In this document: in pieces, positions 1-13,233 of the stretch
Layout: every line of letters starts with the position of its first letter
Numbering within the stretch: position 1 is the first letter of the stretch
Assembly (NCBI GenBank): GCA_002633005.1
Contig: NMRA01000400.1
Span: forward strand, 62,001 to 126,000
DNA from: Phoronis australis
Lineage: Eukaryota; Animalia; Phoronida
Direction of reading: 5' to 3'
DNA: 64,000 nucleotides
Position numbers and translations under genes: made by a program
Notes under the pieces: model-generated
Database searches by the model: none
The model's input: only the letters and a program-made list of their open reading frames with translations
What the model was told of the DNA's origin: nothing

Positions 1-3000
1 AGGCACGAATGTTATAGATGTGGCCCCTTCTTCTGACAGCTTTTCTACGCCAGGAGGTGGCGTTATACGGAAGCGATGGATGATACTTGTGAAAAAGAGA
101 AACAGCTCCTGTTTTGCCAACTGTTGGCCGAGACAAACCCGAGGCCCTGAAAGGGAAGAAAGATGCCACCTTAAACAGGCTACTTTGTTTGATCATTTTT
201 ATCACGATAAAAGATTAGTTAATATATGAACATGTCAACAATTTTTATCATCAGTATGACAGTTTTACACCATATTGAAAACAAATGCACCAACAACGAC
301 ATTTCAATATTAGGCAAAATATCATCTTCAGACACAATAATCACACAGAATGGAGCACAATATGGTGCTCATTCCATCAACACTGGCAACACAGCATGGT
401 TTACTGAGGTCAAACTTCTTGATTGTGGCAATTACGATGTCCAACAACTGGTGACGCAGCTAACATATACGCACTCCCTGCTGAGCATACAGGCTGGAGT
501 TGTGATAGACAGTTGTTACTTGACAGATACTAGGTGCACCATGTTGTAAAGTGAGCAATCTGTTTATGGTATTCTGTGAAGTGGCAGTGTTGCCTGGTGT
601 GAGGCCATGAGTTCGAGTCCTACTGGGTCACACTGCTAAACCCTTGAGTCAGGTTTCTAGCTCCTCAGCTTGGTTTTAACTGTATGTCAATCAAACATAA
701 ATGGTTCCAGCTTATCAGCACAATGGGCCCACATGCCCGGCCTGTGCACGTCTGGTACAACATAGTATTCAGTTCTACTCAGTTTGACTATTGTATCTGA
801 GGATGATGCACGCCTAACACCGAAACTAATCTGGTGGCGAATTTGGCTTCTGCCCAGCCGTCATACGGGCAATTCCATGTCATTTTATAACCTGGTGAAT
901 ACTTTTGGCTTGCACTGTATGCGTCATTAAAACACAGCAACTGCATTACCTAAACCAAACAGTATCAGGCGATCTGACTCTGCTCGGAGGAGAGTGCCAT
1001 CTTCTCCTAAAAATCTCTCGGGTCGAAGCATCTCAGGTTCAGGAAACGTGGCAGCATTGTGATTTACCGAATACAGGTTACAAGAAATCTGAAAAGAGCA
1101 ATTTATTATCTGAAAGTTTCATGTAAATCAGAACAGTCATTTCTGAGATATGATGTTCCAAAATTACCCAAATTTGGACAATTTATAGTATGATCCTACA
1201 TGTTGCCAATCTGTTATTGATTGGGTTTCTTGACCACGATTGTGTTTAAAAAGTCCAGTTTAGAAAAAACGTACAGTTAATAGTAAACATATCTATTCAA
1301 GGCCTGGTTAAAACTTTTGAGTCTTACCAAGGCCGCAAATTTGACATATTAAGTGACCACGCCTCGGTAAATTGCACACATCCTGTTTTAAAAACTGGAT
1401 ATCAATTAACATATACCGTAGTCACAATTCCTAATGCAGTCAAAACCATGAGACCTACTACTTGTCCCTTGGTGACAGGCAACCCCATGACTTCTGTGTC
1501 TTCTAACACCAAGTGCATGGGAGTCAAGGGCACGACACTGGAGAGGCGCTGGATCTCAAGAAGTACAGCCTCTGTGTATGGCAGGCGATGCCTCTCTGTA
1601 AGCAGATAACGTCAGCTTTAGGTTGACAAGGGTGTGATTTAAACCTGTACTAGACATGCTAAAGATGACATCAAGCCACCTGCAGTCTTTTTATTTGCTA
1701 AAGGTGGAACATTTTTGGTAATAAATTTGGTAATTTCAGTAATGTTTTGAAAGGCTTTTCGATTCTGTTTAAATTAGCTGGATAAACATTCAAAATAACA
1801 AATCTTCAAGTGTGACACTGTGAGAAAGTTGCACAATGCAAACACAAGGAGAATCACTGTAAATATTAGTTTAATTACGAGTTTTGTCATCATAGCTCAT
1901 GTCAAAAGTTCCAAGTGATCAGTGAAATGGGCCCACATGCACGGCCTGCACACATCTGGTACAACGTGTACCAGACCGCCTGCAATTATCTTTTATATTG
2001 TGTCAATTGTTATGTATTGGGCAATATGTTACCTTGAAGAGATGGCAGTTGACTGTCACTGAAAACTGTGTCCAATTCCTTCTTGACCTTTGCCTGAACC
2101 TCTTGATGATTAGCCATATACACCATTGCCCATTGAAGTGTTGTAGCAGTTGTCTCAGATCCTGCAAAGAACAACTCAAAAAGCACGTGTCTGAGTTGTT
2201 CCATGCAATAGCCAGAATTGTCCGGATTAGACTCCATGCCATCAAAATAACCGTCGATGAAGTCACGTAAGTTGTCTGGATCGTACGAAATTTTATGCTC
2301 GTTTATCTCTTGTTGACAAAAAGTAAATAATTTTTCGCAAAGCGAATTCATTGTCTTCTTCCACCACTGTACTTTGGGCAGCCATTGCAGATACCACTGG
2401 AAGGCACCAAAGGGAAGTTTGGGTTGGGTCTCGCAGAATTCACGTATGGTGTCGAGCAAAGATCTGTCATTAAAATGGATATACGTAAAGCTACAGCAAT
2501 GAAATATAGGCCGCACAATTGGTCTCAAATAGTTCTTTTGTCAAAATGGATATGATTGCTGATCTCGGAAGGAACTGACCATTTGTTAGTGATTGAGACA
2601 AGGGTCTACAAGTAGTGTTGCCATGACGTGTCGATTTGATACCAAACATGATCTTGAGAAATAATAAACTGTCGGTTCCTTGAAAAATTAGCGAGAGCAA
2701 CGTGAGCACGTTAATATGCATCCAATATGTGAATCGAATAGTGGAGGCCAAAAACGCTGACTAAAAACAGTTGACAAGAGCAACGCAGAGCGCTGAAATG
2801 CGCCCACGAATGCACTGCAAATGGTGTGCTTCTAGAGTTGTTTATTATCTATCATAAAAATGACCACTAGATGGTGCAAAATGTCCAATCCATCTGCAAT
2901 TAATGGAACATGCCATCGCTTCTTCAATAAAAAGCTATTAAATAAATTTCATAAAAATCTGACAAAGAACTTCAGAGAAACAAAAGAAAACAGAAAAAAA

Positions 3001-6000
3001 TGAAACTGCCACTAGGGGGCACAGCGACAGCCTGAAAGTCGTCATCTATTGTTATCTTCCTATAAATACAGTACTAATTAAAATTAAATAAAGATTCAGC
3101 TGTGAGTTTAGGAGATACACCTATGAGCGCAAAACAAAACCACCACTAGGAGGCGCCACAGAAGTCAACATCATCCTCGACTGTCCCCTTCACACTGAGA
3201 ACATATACGCAAATTTTCAAAATCATCCTTAGAATGGTTGATAGACGGGTGGGTGCCAAAAACAGACTGGAAAACTGCAAAAATAGCCATTAGGTGGCGC
3301 AAAATACCTCAAATCCATCTGAAAAAATCCGTTACTTCTCTAATAGATGCCATTCCAAATTTATGAAACTCCAATGAGAACCTTTGAATATACAGAGATA
3401 AATGTAAAAAACTAAAATTGCCACTAGGGGGTACACTGGTGAAAAAATCTGTGTGAAAGTCATCGTCGTCGTCCATTGCCAACATCATATAAATGCACTT
3501 GCTAAATTTAGTAAAGATCCTGCAAATGGTTTAGGAGATACAGCCATGGGCACAAAAAAAACAACAAAACTGCCACTGTCAAAGGCATCGGAAAATCATC
3601 GTCAGCCATCCTCTTCATAGAAAGAACATACATGCTACAGCACACATCACTAATTTTTGTCAAACCGGTCGGAAATTGGCCGACGACCAGCCATCTAGCC
3701 GACCAGCAGCCAACCAACAACGGTTAGCTAGAAGCCGTCTGCTGAGTCGCCTGTGCAGTCGGCACTTGGGTCGGCAAAGCGGTTGCCTAGCACAGACAAC
3801 CAATTTGGAAAATGCGTGTCCTTGGTCGGCAATTACCATTTTATGACTTAGCGGGTGAACTTTGGCCAAACAAACATTTAACTGCTCGCTGTTCATTCAC
3901 CAGTGGCCACTCCGCGGGTCTTGACGTCGGTTTATCAACGTTTGTTTAACTATTGAAAGGTGGTAAAATTGAATCAACCTACAAATACTAATTGCCTGAA
4001 ATTAAACCAGCGTAAACGTTATGTTGAAATGCTGACGGTGTGATAAAATCAAAGTAATGTAAAATGATATCGCGGAAACATAATTTTGAACTCTAGATAT
4101 GAGACTAATTCTTATACAATATGCATAAAAAATATCAACAACCAAGAAATTTGAAAAGTTACAGTAAATTTGCATAAAAATCAGAATACAACGCAGGATG
4201 TTTTACGACCTTAAGTGTTTTTATGCCCGGGAATGCTCATCAGTATCCCGCATTGGCCGCCATCCATTATTGCACTTGATCATCACTTTATCACACTGTA
4301 TATTGCGCTTTCCCTTTGATAATTATTGTGTATTTTTGTACAATTTCTTAATAGGTTGGTACAGCAATAGACCAAAAGTTTATTTTTGGAGCAACATAAA
4401 CAATGGTTTGAACATAGCGCAGATATTAAGATCATAGGCGTATAAAAACGGAAGAATGTGATAGGTTTATAGTATCAGCCATGATCTGAATGTTGTCATT
4501 TTTAGAGTAAAAAAACATTTCGAAGTTAAAGCATTCCTATCTAGCCAGCTAGCTGTATGAAGACTATCGTCAAAATACAGAAAGGTGGCACTGCGTTTTG
4601 AGCTCCCGGACAAACCTCGAAATTGCACACAGCCCGGATAGTTACGCAAGTCACCTCGTCATGAGCTCAAGACAGGCGGGTGTGCATGCAAAATCTGGGA
4701 GTCAATTGACACTCACCTTGTCCGTTACAGCCGTTTAAGCGAAAAATATCCAACGTCATTTTCTAGCATAATTATCTGCCTTTCGTAACATAGAAAGGTA
4801 CATGTATGTCGCAGTATTGAAAGGAGTACATTTGTGACACGCGCCACTTCCAGATTTTTTCAATATCTTCCATGAGATGATGACAAAATAGCCGCAAAAT
4901 TTGTTCTAAAATTCGATTTACTGGTATCAAAATTCTAAAAACTTATAATGAAGAATCTGGGAAAAAGAAACTGGCTAATAGGTGACGCAATATTTCATTG
5001 CGCCGAAAGCCAAAGCAAAAGATCACACCACAATGTTAGCAGCAGAATAACGGTTGAAAACCAGTTCTTGCGACACCGGTAAAAAATTTAGATTACTCAA
5101 GGAAGAATTTATTTGGTCAGTTTTTACCCACATCGGCACAAAGTTGTATATTTAATTTAGTAAACAGCTTCGCACCAAGGCTAGAGCCTTCCGAGCCCGT
5201 TGGAATAAGAACACAAAACTTCGCGTTTTGCGTCTACTCCAAGGGGTAAAACTCTGAAAATAAAATCTTCAAAGTAACTCGGTACATGTAATCCTAAAGA
5301 AAAGTTCCCAGGTAGTCTGCGTTTTCATATAAAGCGTAAAAATGATTAACCCAGTGATTCGAAAAGAACACTCTCGCAAACGAACACACATACAATTTTC
5401 AGTTCTATGACACAGTTAAACAACTTGTATAAGTTTATTGCATCGATTCTAGTGGTCACCAGTGCAAGTCAAAAGTCTTAAGGGGGCGTGATTTCAAACC
5501 TTTGGCATGAATCAATGTTTTAAAAATTGATTTCGGCCGACGTTTGTTCATCAACAATATAGACAGAACAGTTACAGACACTGACCGCTTTTGTTAACTT
5601 CTTGTGGCAATGATACAAATATTTTTTTGACCATCATTGATAACATGTTTTACTGAGATGAGGTATGATTTAATATGTATGCCTAATACTGTATGCGCAG
5701 ACCCGAAGCTTGAAACGTTCTCTTATCATCCCTTGTAATTCTGTGGCAGTTGTTTCTTTTATCTGTTGGTTGATGAACGCACGTGCGGTCTTCAAATGTA
5801 CAGTGTAGAATCTGGACTATCATAATTATGTTTTATTTCATGTTCTTTCCAAATTTTAATGTCACCGATGCATGGAAACGGAATGTGCAAAGCTAGAATT
5901 GGTTGTAGCCTCAACAGTGGTAATTCCGTGTTTGATGTCAGAGTGTAAGTTCCTGGAAATTAAAACCATATGATTTCGAAGATAGAGCCTTCCAACTGAG

Positions 6001-9000
6001 AAGTCCGAGGGTTTAGGGCATACAGGACCGTGTATTTTGCGTCTTTACTGCAAGGGTTAATACTATGAAAATAAAATCCCACAGTAAGAGCTCTTCGGTG
6101 CAACAACCCACTCACTATCCCATCATCATAGAAGACCCGTGAAGAACATTAAAAACGCAAAATATGCAGTTTAGCGTAACACAAACAAAAAACAAGAGTG
6201 GGCAAAGACTATCAAAAATAGCTGTGTTTACAAAATGACTACGACGTTGGATTGACCGGGAAGCAGCCAATCTAATGCAACTTGTTAATGTCACGAGTTA
6301 AAAGATCAAATGTAAAGAATACTTTCACGTTTTGTTTTCCAGAACTTGGTGCCTTGTCCACAATCCAATGTTCAATATTACCGCTTGCCTTCAACCAACA
6401 AATTAGTGGTGAGCTCATGTAAGGCAGACACAGTAAAACTAGGTTAATTTATTTGACCCTGTGCATAGACGAATATGCATCTGCATACAAAGCAGTATCA
6501 GCCTGACGACCTATTACGCAACTGCTACTCAAGCCTAAGATAGCAGCCCACCAGTGGGTCGGCTGATGGCCGGTCGGCAATTAAGGTCAGCTGGGAGGTC
6601 GCCTTATGAGTTGGTACTGCGGGCGGCTGCTGCTCGGTTAAAAATTAGCCGTCGACTCTTAGCCGACTAGTCGAACAAAAATTTGTGATGTGTGCTGTAA
6701 TTTTCACAATCATCCTTAGAGCGGTTTGATTGATAGAGAGGTGGACGCCAAAAAGCAGACTTTAAAACAGTAAAATTGGCCACTAGGTGGTGCAAAATAC
6801 CTCAAATCCATCCGAAAACAGGAGGATAGCGTCATCTCACTAATAGACGCCTATATCCCAAATTTTGTGAAAATGTATTAAGGACCTTTAAAGATACAGA
6901 GGTAAACGTAAAAAATGAAATTGCCACTAGGGGGCGCACCAGTAGTCCCATTCCTGTGCAAGTTGTCGTCCTCCGTTGTCAACATCATATAAATACACTT
7001 GCTACATTTAATAAAGATCCTGCAAACGGTTTAAGAGATACAGCTATGGGCCCAAAAAAAACAAAACTGTCACTAGGAGGCACCACAGTAGTCAAAATCG
7101 TCGGAAAATCATCGTCAGCCATACTTTTCAGAGTAAGAACATACATGTCAATTTTCACAATCATCCTTAGAGCAGTTTGGTTACTACAGGGGTGGACGTC
7201 AAAAAACAGACTCGAAAACAGAAAAAAATGGCCACTAGGTGGCACAAACTTCGTCAAATCCATCCACAAAGGGAAACGTAAAAAACTAAAATTGCCACTA
7301 GTGAGCTTACCAGTAGTCGGATTCACCCAAAAATTTACTAATGCTTAAAAACATAATCTGTGTGTAACTTCATGATCGTATATTCGTGGATTTGGAGATA
7401 CAGCATCAGACGCTGAACACCGGACGCCGAATGGATGGACGGACAAGGATAACGGCATAATGTGCCCACAGTAAATACGTGAGCGCCTAGAAATCACTGA
7501 CTTGCCTGAGTAAGAAACAAGTGCAGACCAGTAAATGGTTCAAAACAAAACTTAATTCCTTAGACAGAATGTCGCTTTTAACAGTATTCGTGAAAAGTTT
7601 AGGTGACAAAAAACAAACAAGGAATCCATCCAAAATATCATTAACTAGAAATGTTTCAACTTCCATCTTTGATACTACACTGTAGGCATTCAGTTTCAAA
7701 GGATGGCCCATGTCAGACACAAGTTCACACCTGCCTCACAATTTGAGCCAGACATAAGTGCAACATAGACTTAAAGTGGCACTTCAAACTGCCATTCCTG
7801 GGAGAAATGAAAAAAAATGACTGCAACCAGACACTCCTCATAACAAAGTGAAATTGCCACAAACTTTTAAAAAGGTCGTGTTAAAACAAATCAACTTCAT
7901 CTCCATCATGGAGTAATTCATTAGAAAACAAAAGCTCAGCATAATCATAGACTGATGCACTTACCTGAATTTTTCATCATCATAGTCGAATCTCTTGCCA
8001 AACACCAAGCTGCATATAACATTGGCTACACTGTTAGCAAAATAATGACGGACATCAAAAGGATTCTCACTGTGCCGTTCAAACTCCTTCAAAAGACATT
8101 CGATCTCATCCTGAATGTTGGTTTCAAATCTTCTCTTTCCGAATCCAAATGTTCTGAGATTCTGTATTGAAAAACGGCGTTGTTCTTTCCATGTATCACA
8201 GTAATTACCATCCAGTATTCCTACAAACCATGCAACGGTGTTTATAAAGTCCATAATAAGGCATACAAAGTGAACACAAATTGTTACACCTGAGTGTTTA
8301 CTCAACATGTTTAATAAAAAGTTTCAAAACACCCCTTATTCAAGTGACTGTTAGGTAATTATGAAGCAAACGAACTTAGTAATCAATTTGTAATTTTTAC
8401 AGAAACCTCCTAAACACTGCTGAAATGTGCCAACTAACCATCAACCACAATTCATTTCTTACGAATTTGGTTCTTTTCTGATTGACAGTATTCCTTTTTT
8501 CATATTTGACTACAATTTAATGGACTTGCAAGGCTAGTTTTTACAATTTTGACACTTTGCGAGATTTGTTAAGAATTTGCTGGAATTGAAACAAATTTAG
8601 CGTCGAAAGTCAAAAAGAAATGTTTTTTTATTCATCATGGTTTAGCGCATCGAAATTTGACAAATTTCGATGCTACCATGAAAACTACTGAATGAATACT
8701 GTCATCTTACAGTACATGAGAAAAGAATACAAAACAGTTAATGAGGCAAGCTGACAATAAGTAAAAACTGAACTGTGGTTGATATGATAAGTACGCTCTA
8801 ATGGAAACACCCTCACTTCACTGAAGGACTCCACATCCATTAAGACGCCGGTGCACGCTTTGCTCATTAAATGATGCCACTATTTAATCGGTCAGACTTT
8901 GAAAATTGATTAAAAAACAAACATGATGATGGCATGCCGTTCAGTAAGATAAAAAGTTACATAATAAATCATGATCCATATGGTTTACTTTTGCGAAAGC

Positions 9001-10452
9001 TTTTCATGAAATTTGATGATGCCGAATTTGATATAGCGATGACACTAACGTTAAAATGATGGCTACCGCAAATTATCAATCTTGAAACGAGGGCAGAGAT
9101 GTATTCTATGGAGCGATTTTTAGTGAGTTCCGAAAGGCGCGTTTCACAAGTATGCCCAAGACCGTACAAGAGCATGCTAGAAAAATTGCTGCACTGCGAA
9201 GCTGGTATACTATGTTGAATTATGGTAGATAAGTCAATATTTCAATTTTACAGGACAACATTTTTCTCCGCAAGTGTCTCGCAAAAAGTGAACCAGTAAC
9301 GGAATGTGCCCATGTGGTTTTTTAAAGAAAATAATTTAAAATCAAAACAATATACCATGCCCAGTCTTGTTTCCAATCACTACTTTGTATTTCTCGTGTC
9401 TTCCAGCTATCTCGGTTCCTTTTGTAACAAGAACCTCCTTTATAGCTTCGTATCCATTAGCAACAATCATTTTCAGACTAAAACAGACAATAAATGAGTC
9501 AAATGATACTCTCAGAGCTGACTTTCAATTTCAACATTTTAAGCAAATTTAACTCGCGTAAAGTCGCTGGCCTTGATTTCAGCTAATGCCAAGCAGACAA
9601 CGGTGAGAATTAGACATTTTTGTAATAAAGTCACAAAAACACACAAAAAACTGTTTTGTACCTTTGGTCAAAGCTCATAACTTGAACAGGTCACATGTCC
9701 ATAAACCGAAAATTTCCCCGGAATCACTGCAGTGACGGCAAATTAACTAAATTTTCATTGCATTAATCTCCATATTGGGCACTAACATGATACCGTGTCA
9801 GTAATGGAGGCCGAAAACGACACTGCTTGTTGTCTAATCTTGGTGGTACAAGCCTTGGTTTCATTTCTTCATTGACTGAATGCTTCTGTAAAATGTCACT
9901 TAGTACGACTACTCACAGAGATTAAGCAATTTCTCTGCCCTGGAATGACTACAGCAGCAAATTTTTGCTGATTCATATGTGGCAGACAAAAGAAATTTTA
10001 TTTTCTCAGATGTCTCAACACAGTTAGATATCAAGAAAATCAAATTAGGCTATCGCTGGCTTGGTTTGGTATTTATAACAAACAGCCTTGGACTATTGCA
10101 GTGACATTATCTATTCTGCAAAGTAAATGAATAGTTTGAAGAGTTACCGTCTTGGTACAGATCAAGACGAAGTCATTATCACTAACCCAAATAAGTCTAG
10201 CATATACACAGAACCGCGATCCTTCGACAATGCATTCATGGCCTTCCCTGGGTGTTTCATCCAAATCTCGTTACCATAACCTGAGAAGAAATATGACAGC
10301 AGGATGCCACCGACATTCACGACAGGCATTTGTTTGCGTCCATCAGGCGTAGATTCCCGTCGCTTATAAAACATCCATACAATGACTGCAGTGATGGTAG
10401 TAACCAAACAAAGTGTCGTCCAGCTAAATCCGCTGGTAGCGTCCTCCATCAT
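1..10452 (-). CDS. Cytochrome P450, CYP2 clan; 7 coding exons, 3' end truncated by the window edge
   Basis: Exons (minus strand): 10452-10187, 9477-9356, 8220-7965, 2463-2033, 1595-1459, 1088-950, 146-<1. All introns are GT-AG with consistent phases; 499 codons are visible. Motifs: N-terminal TM anchor, VANGYEAIKEVLV, C-helix WKEQRRF, I-helix ELFFAGSETT, K-helix EIQR, RPERF, heme signature FGLGPRVCLG. Subfamily cannot be assigned by eye. Confidence 0.95.
580..770 (+). mobile_element. tRNA-derived SINE-like repeat (family A)
   Basis: B-box-like GTTCGAGTCC followed by a body (CACACTG..AGTCAGG..AGCTCCTCA..GGCCTGTGCACGTCTG) that recurs at 21661-21855; a 3' fragment lies at about 1910-1972. Confidence 0.6.
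2774..7490 (+). mobile_element. Non-autonomous Helentron/HINE (pearl/DINE-1-like) element carrying an ~140-bp degenerate satellite; interrupted by a nested insertion
   Basis: Begins ACAAGAGC with subterminal ATGCGCCCACG. Internal tandem ~140-bp units at ~2830-3635 resume at 6700-7330. GGATGGACGGAC microsatellite near 7433, then an imperfect 3' stem-loop GTGCCCAC..GTGAGCGC related to the 5' subterminal motif. Classification is by architecture only. Confidence 0.6.
3638..6697. mobile_element. ~3.06-kb non-autonomous TIR DNA transposon with TA target-site duplication
   Basis: Left end CAGCACACATCACTAATTTTTGTCAAACCGGTCGG matches the reverse complement of the right end, CAGCACACATCACAAATTTTTGTTCGACTAGTCGG. 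TA flanks both ends (3636-37, 6698-99). Removing it restores the satellite unit seen intact near 7141 (ATACATGTCAATTTTCACAATCATCCTTAG). No transposase ORF seen. Confidence 0.85.
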
Positions 10453-12631
10453 CTTTGTTAAAGTAATAACAAACTGAAATGAAATGAAATAAAATAACCC
10501 CACCTCAAAATATGGATGGGTGTCAAAATTTTATATGAACCAAACCGACATCCTCAGCGAAACTGCTGGACGTAGTGAAATACATTGTATAGCATAACCT
10601 AGTGCATTTAGTTCACAGTTTTCTGAAGAGCACTGAAGTATGTTTTGACAGGTGATGCACCTGGAAAATTGGATATCCACCCCTTCAGAGATTGGACTCT
10701 AAAAAAGAGACCCATTGGAAGGCACCTTCCATAAAAATGTCACCCTCTCAAAGGGTTTTGCTCAAAAAACACAAACCCATCAAGTGTTGCAGTTGAAGAT
10801 AAATTGGAGATGCAAATTACTCCCAGATTGACCACATGCGCCTTTAATCACCTACTCATCATGGCATTGTAACAAATAAAAGCTATACAGTACAGTGTAG
10901 CTGCGAGCCGCTAATGACAGTGCAGATTAACTAGACAGTACCATCATCTTAATTGGCCACAGTGGATGGTGGCCAATCCATAAGTCCTCCATACGCCAGA
11001 AGCGCCAGGGGATATGACATACCAAGGGATATGATGTTAAATCCCCTGGCATGAGCAGTGTAAAAATGGCCAGTTGCCAAATTGGGAAACTTAACGTAGG
11101 ACTGTTTGAAAAGAGTTTGATTGCAGTATTCATTCGAACTGAGAAAAGTTAATAACTTCAACAGCCTCCTAACCCCCTCTGTGCACAAAAGGTTGGGATG
11201 GTTCAGGAAAACTCGGATGGTGGTAAAAGTCAGACGAGTCTAGATATAATTATAATAACCTTGAATAATAGTAGGAATTTATTTGTCACCTCACTTGAAT
11301 TACAACAGAGTGTCTGGACATATCATATGACGCATATTCAGCACCCTATGTTGTTGTGTTGTCTGCTTTGTGTGTTGATTTTGAAAGTCTGCTGTAGTAC
11401 ACTCTCTTTTCCAAGTTATATTTAGGTGATTTTGTCCCATGTCATGTAATGCTCTTGAATTTACTTGACGCTTAATACATCAATATGCTGTTTTAAGTAT
11501 TACTTGCAATACAAAAACATACACAAAGCTTGATTTGATAAAATGGGTGTCCAAATTTCCCCTCTAACTTTTAGTATATTACGGAGAAATTCAAAAGCTT
11601 TTCTTGGTGCTTATTTGAGAGATTTTCAACCGTATTCATGTGATGACCTTCTGTGTTAAGAGGTCAATTCACAACTTAAATTTTCAGCAACAGCGATGCT
11701 GCTTACCATGCGTGCTGTACACAGATTGGTAATGGAGGACATACTTTTACGTCACTTATGTAGCCTGGACATGATGACTTCTCAAATTTTATTACTCGCG
11801 AAAGATGACACAGATAACTAATACCTTAAATATTTTTGAAATCATAAAGAACTATTATATATTTTGTCTGAGTTTTACCTATTCAGAATTTGCCGGTTTG
11901 AATTTCCTCAAGATGCTCTGTCCGACTTTCACCACCTGCGACCGAATTTTCCCCATTTTGAACATTGTTTCTTCAAAAGTCGAAGGCGTTAAAGCTGAAC
12001 TAGTAAAGAGTCTTGTTGGTTAATTTCTCAAAAGATTTGCAAATATGCCATGACATATCAAATGTTATTAACTGACACATTAACCTTCAGTAGCAGATAG
12101 GTTGAGCTAAGTGGTGTTGTAGAATATGCTTTCGGTGAATCACATGAGCCCCTGTTAGCCAGTCGCTAACAGGAAATTGCCTATTAGCTGAATGGTTAGC
12201 ACACTTGCCGGTTTTGTGAGGGTCGCTAGTTCGATTACTGGGTCGAGTAATCTTGGCTAGTATGTAGTGAAAAATCACCTAGTCCAAGCTTGTAACCCAG
12301 CATCTCAGGTGTCCTAACCAGTCGACCAAAGAGCAATTGCCCATAGGCGAGTGGTTAAGACAGGCCTTTACATAAGCACACTCACTGCAGATTGACCACA
12401 GCTATTATTACACTCTACAGTGGTTTCATCAGGATTATCCTCAATTTGCCCTTCTTAGAAATACGAGTCATGACACTGATGCCATCATCATAGACATAGT
12501 TTGACAATTTAATCAGTAAGAATTCGCTTTCGGGGATGGCCACCATCTCTACCTTGGCCACTTGAGATGGTAGTACTGTCTATTGATTGAATTGCCTTTA
12601 TTGTTCCAGAACTCAGAACTACAGAAGTGCT

Positions 12632-13233
12632 AGAGAGTGAGCACCGTCCTACTGGCACATAGGACAGAGCTCCTATAGGTGCTTCATACGTTGGATTAGC
12701 TTTATGGCAATCACTTATGCCTTTTGCACTGACTAAAACATCAGTCACACAGTTATAAATACCTTTTGCTCACAAAGGAACACCTCAGGAGGCCATTGAT
12801 GTATATAATTCCTTCCAACTCAAACAAATACTCCCGTTATCAAACTTTTTCTTCGAGCAGTCCATCGTTCAGTTCCCAAAATTGGTAACTCACCATTTTT
12901 AACACTGCGCGCCAGGTCGCATTACGTCACATCCCCTGGCACACGCAGTGTTGAAAATGGTGAGTTACCGATTTTGGGAACTGAACGAGAAGCTAGTCGA
13001 AAAAAAATTTTAATAACGGGAGTATTTGTTCAAGTTGGAAGGAATTAAATACATCGACGGCCTCCAAAGGTGCATGTCCCTCGTGGCTATGCGCAAAACT
13101 GGGTATTCATAAATACGTAGCATTGATGTCTTACTGTGAGGCATAATTCGCCGAAAATCTTACGGCATATGAAGTGCCTACAGGAGCTTCGCAGTCTCTA
13201 CTGCGGAGCCAGTAGAGACTGTGGTCACTGTCT
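12632..13233. repeat. ~600-bp fold-back (long inverted repeat) element
   Basis: Arms of ~290 bp are reverse complements. They match closely near the centre (CGTTCAGTTCCCAAAATTGGTAACTCACCATTTT / AAAATGGTGAGTTACCGATTTTGGGAACTGAACG) and decay outward. The loop is 18 nt (12917-12934). Confidence 0.85.

Noticed and set aside
6956-7348. 130-aa and 113-aa overlapping ORFs
   Set aside because: They lie within the degenerate satellite and have no recognisable domain.
11644-11666. TGACCT-n11-AGGTCA nuclear-receptor-like element upstream of the P450
   Set aside because: The spacing is non-canonical and the TSS is unknown; a single hexamer pair is too weak to report.
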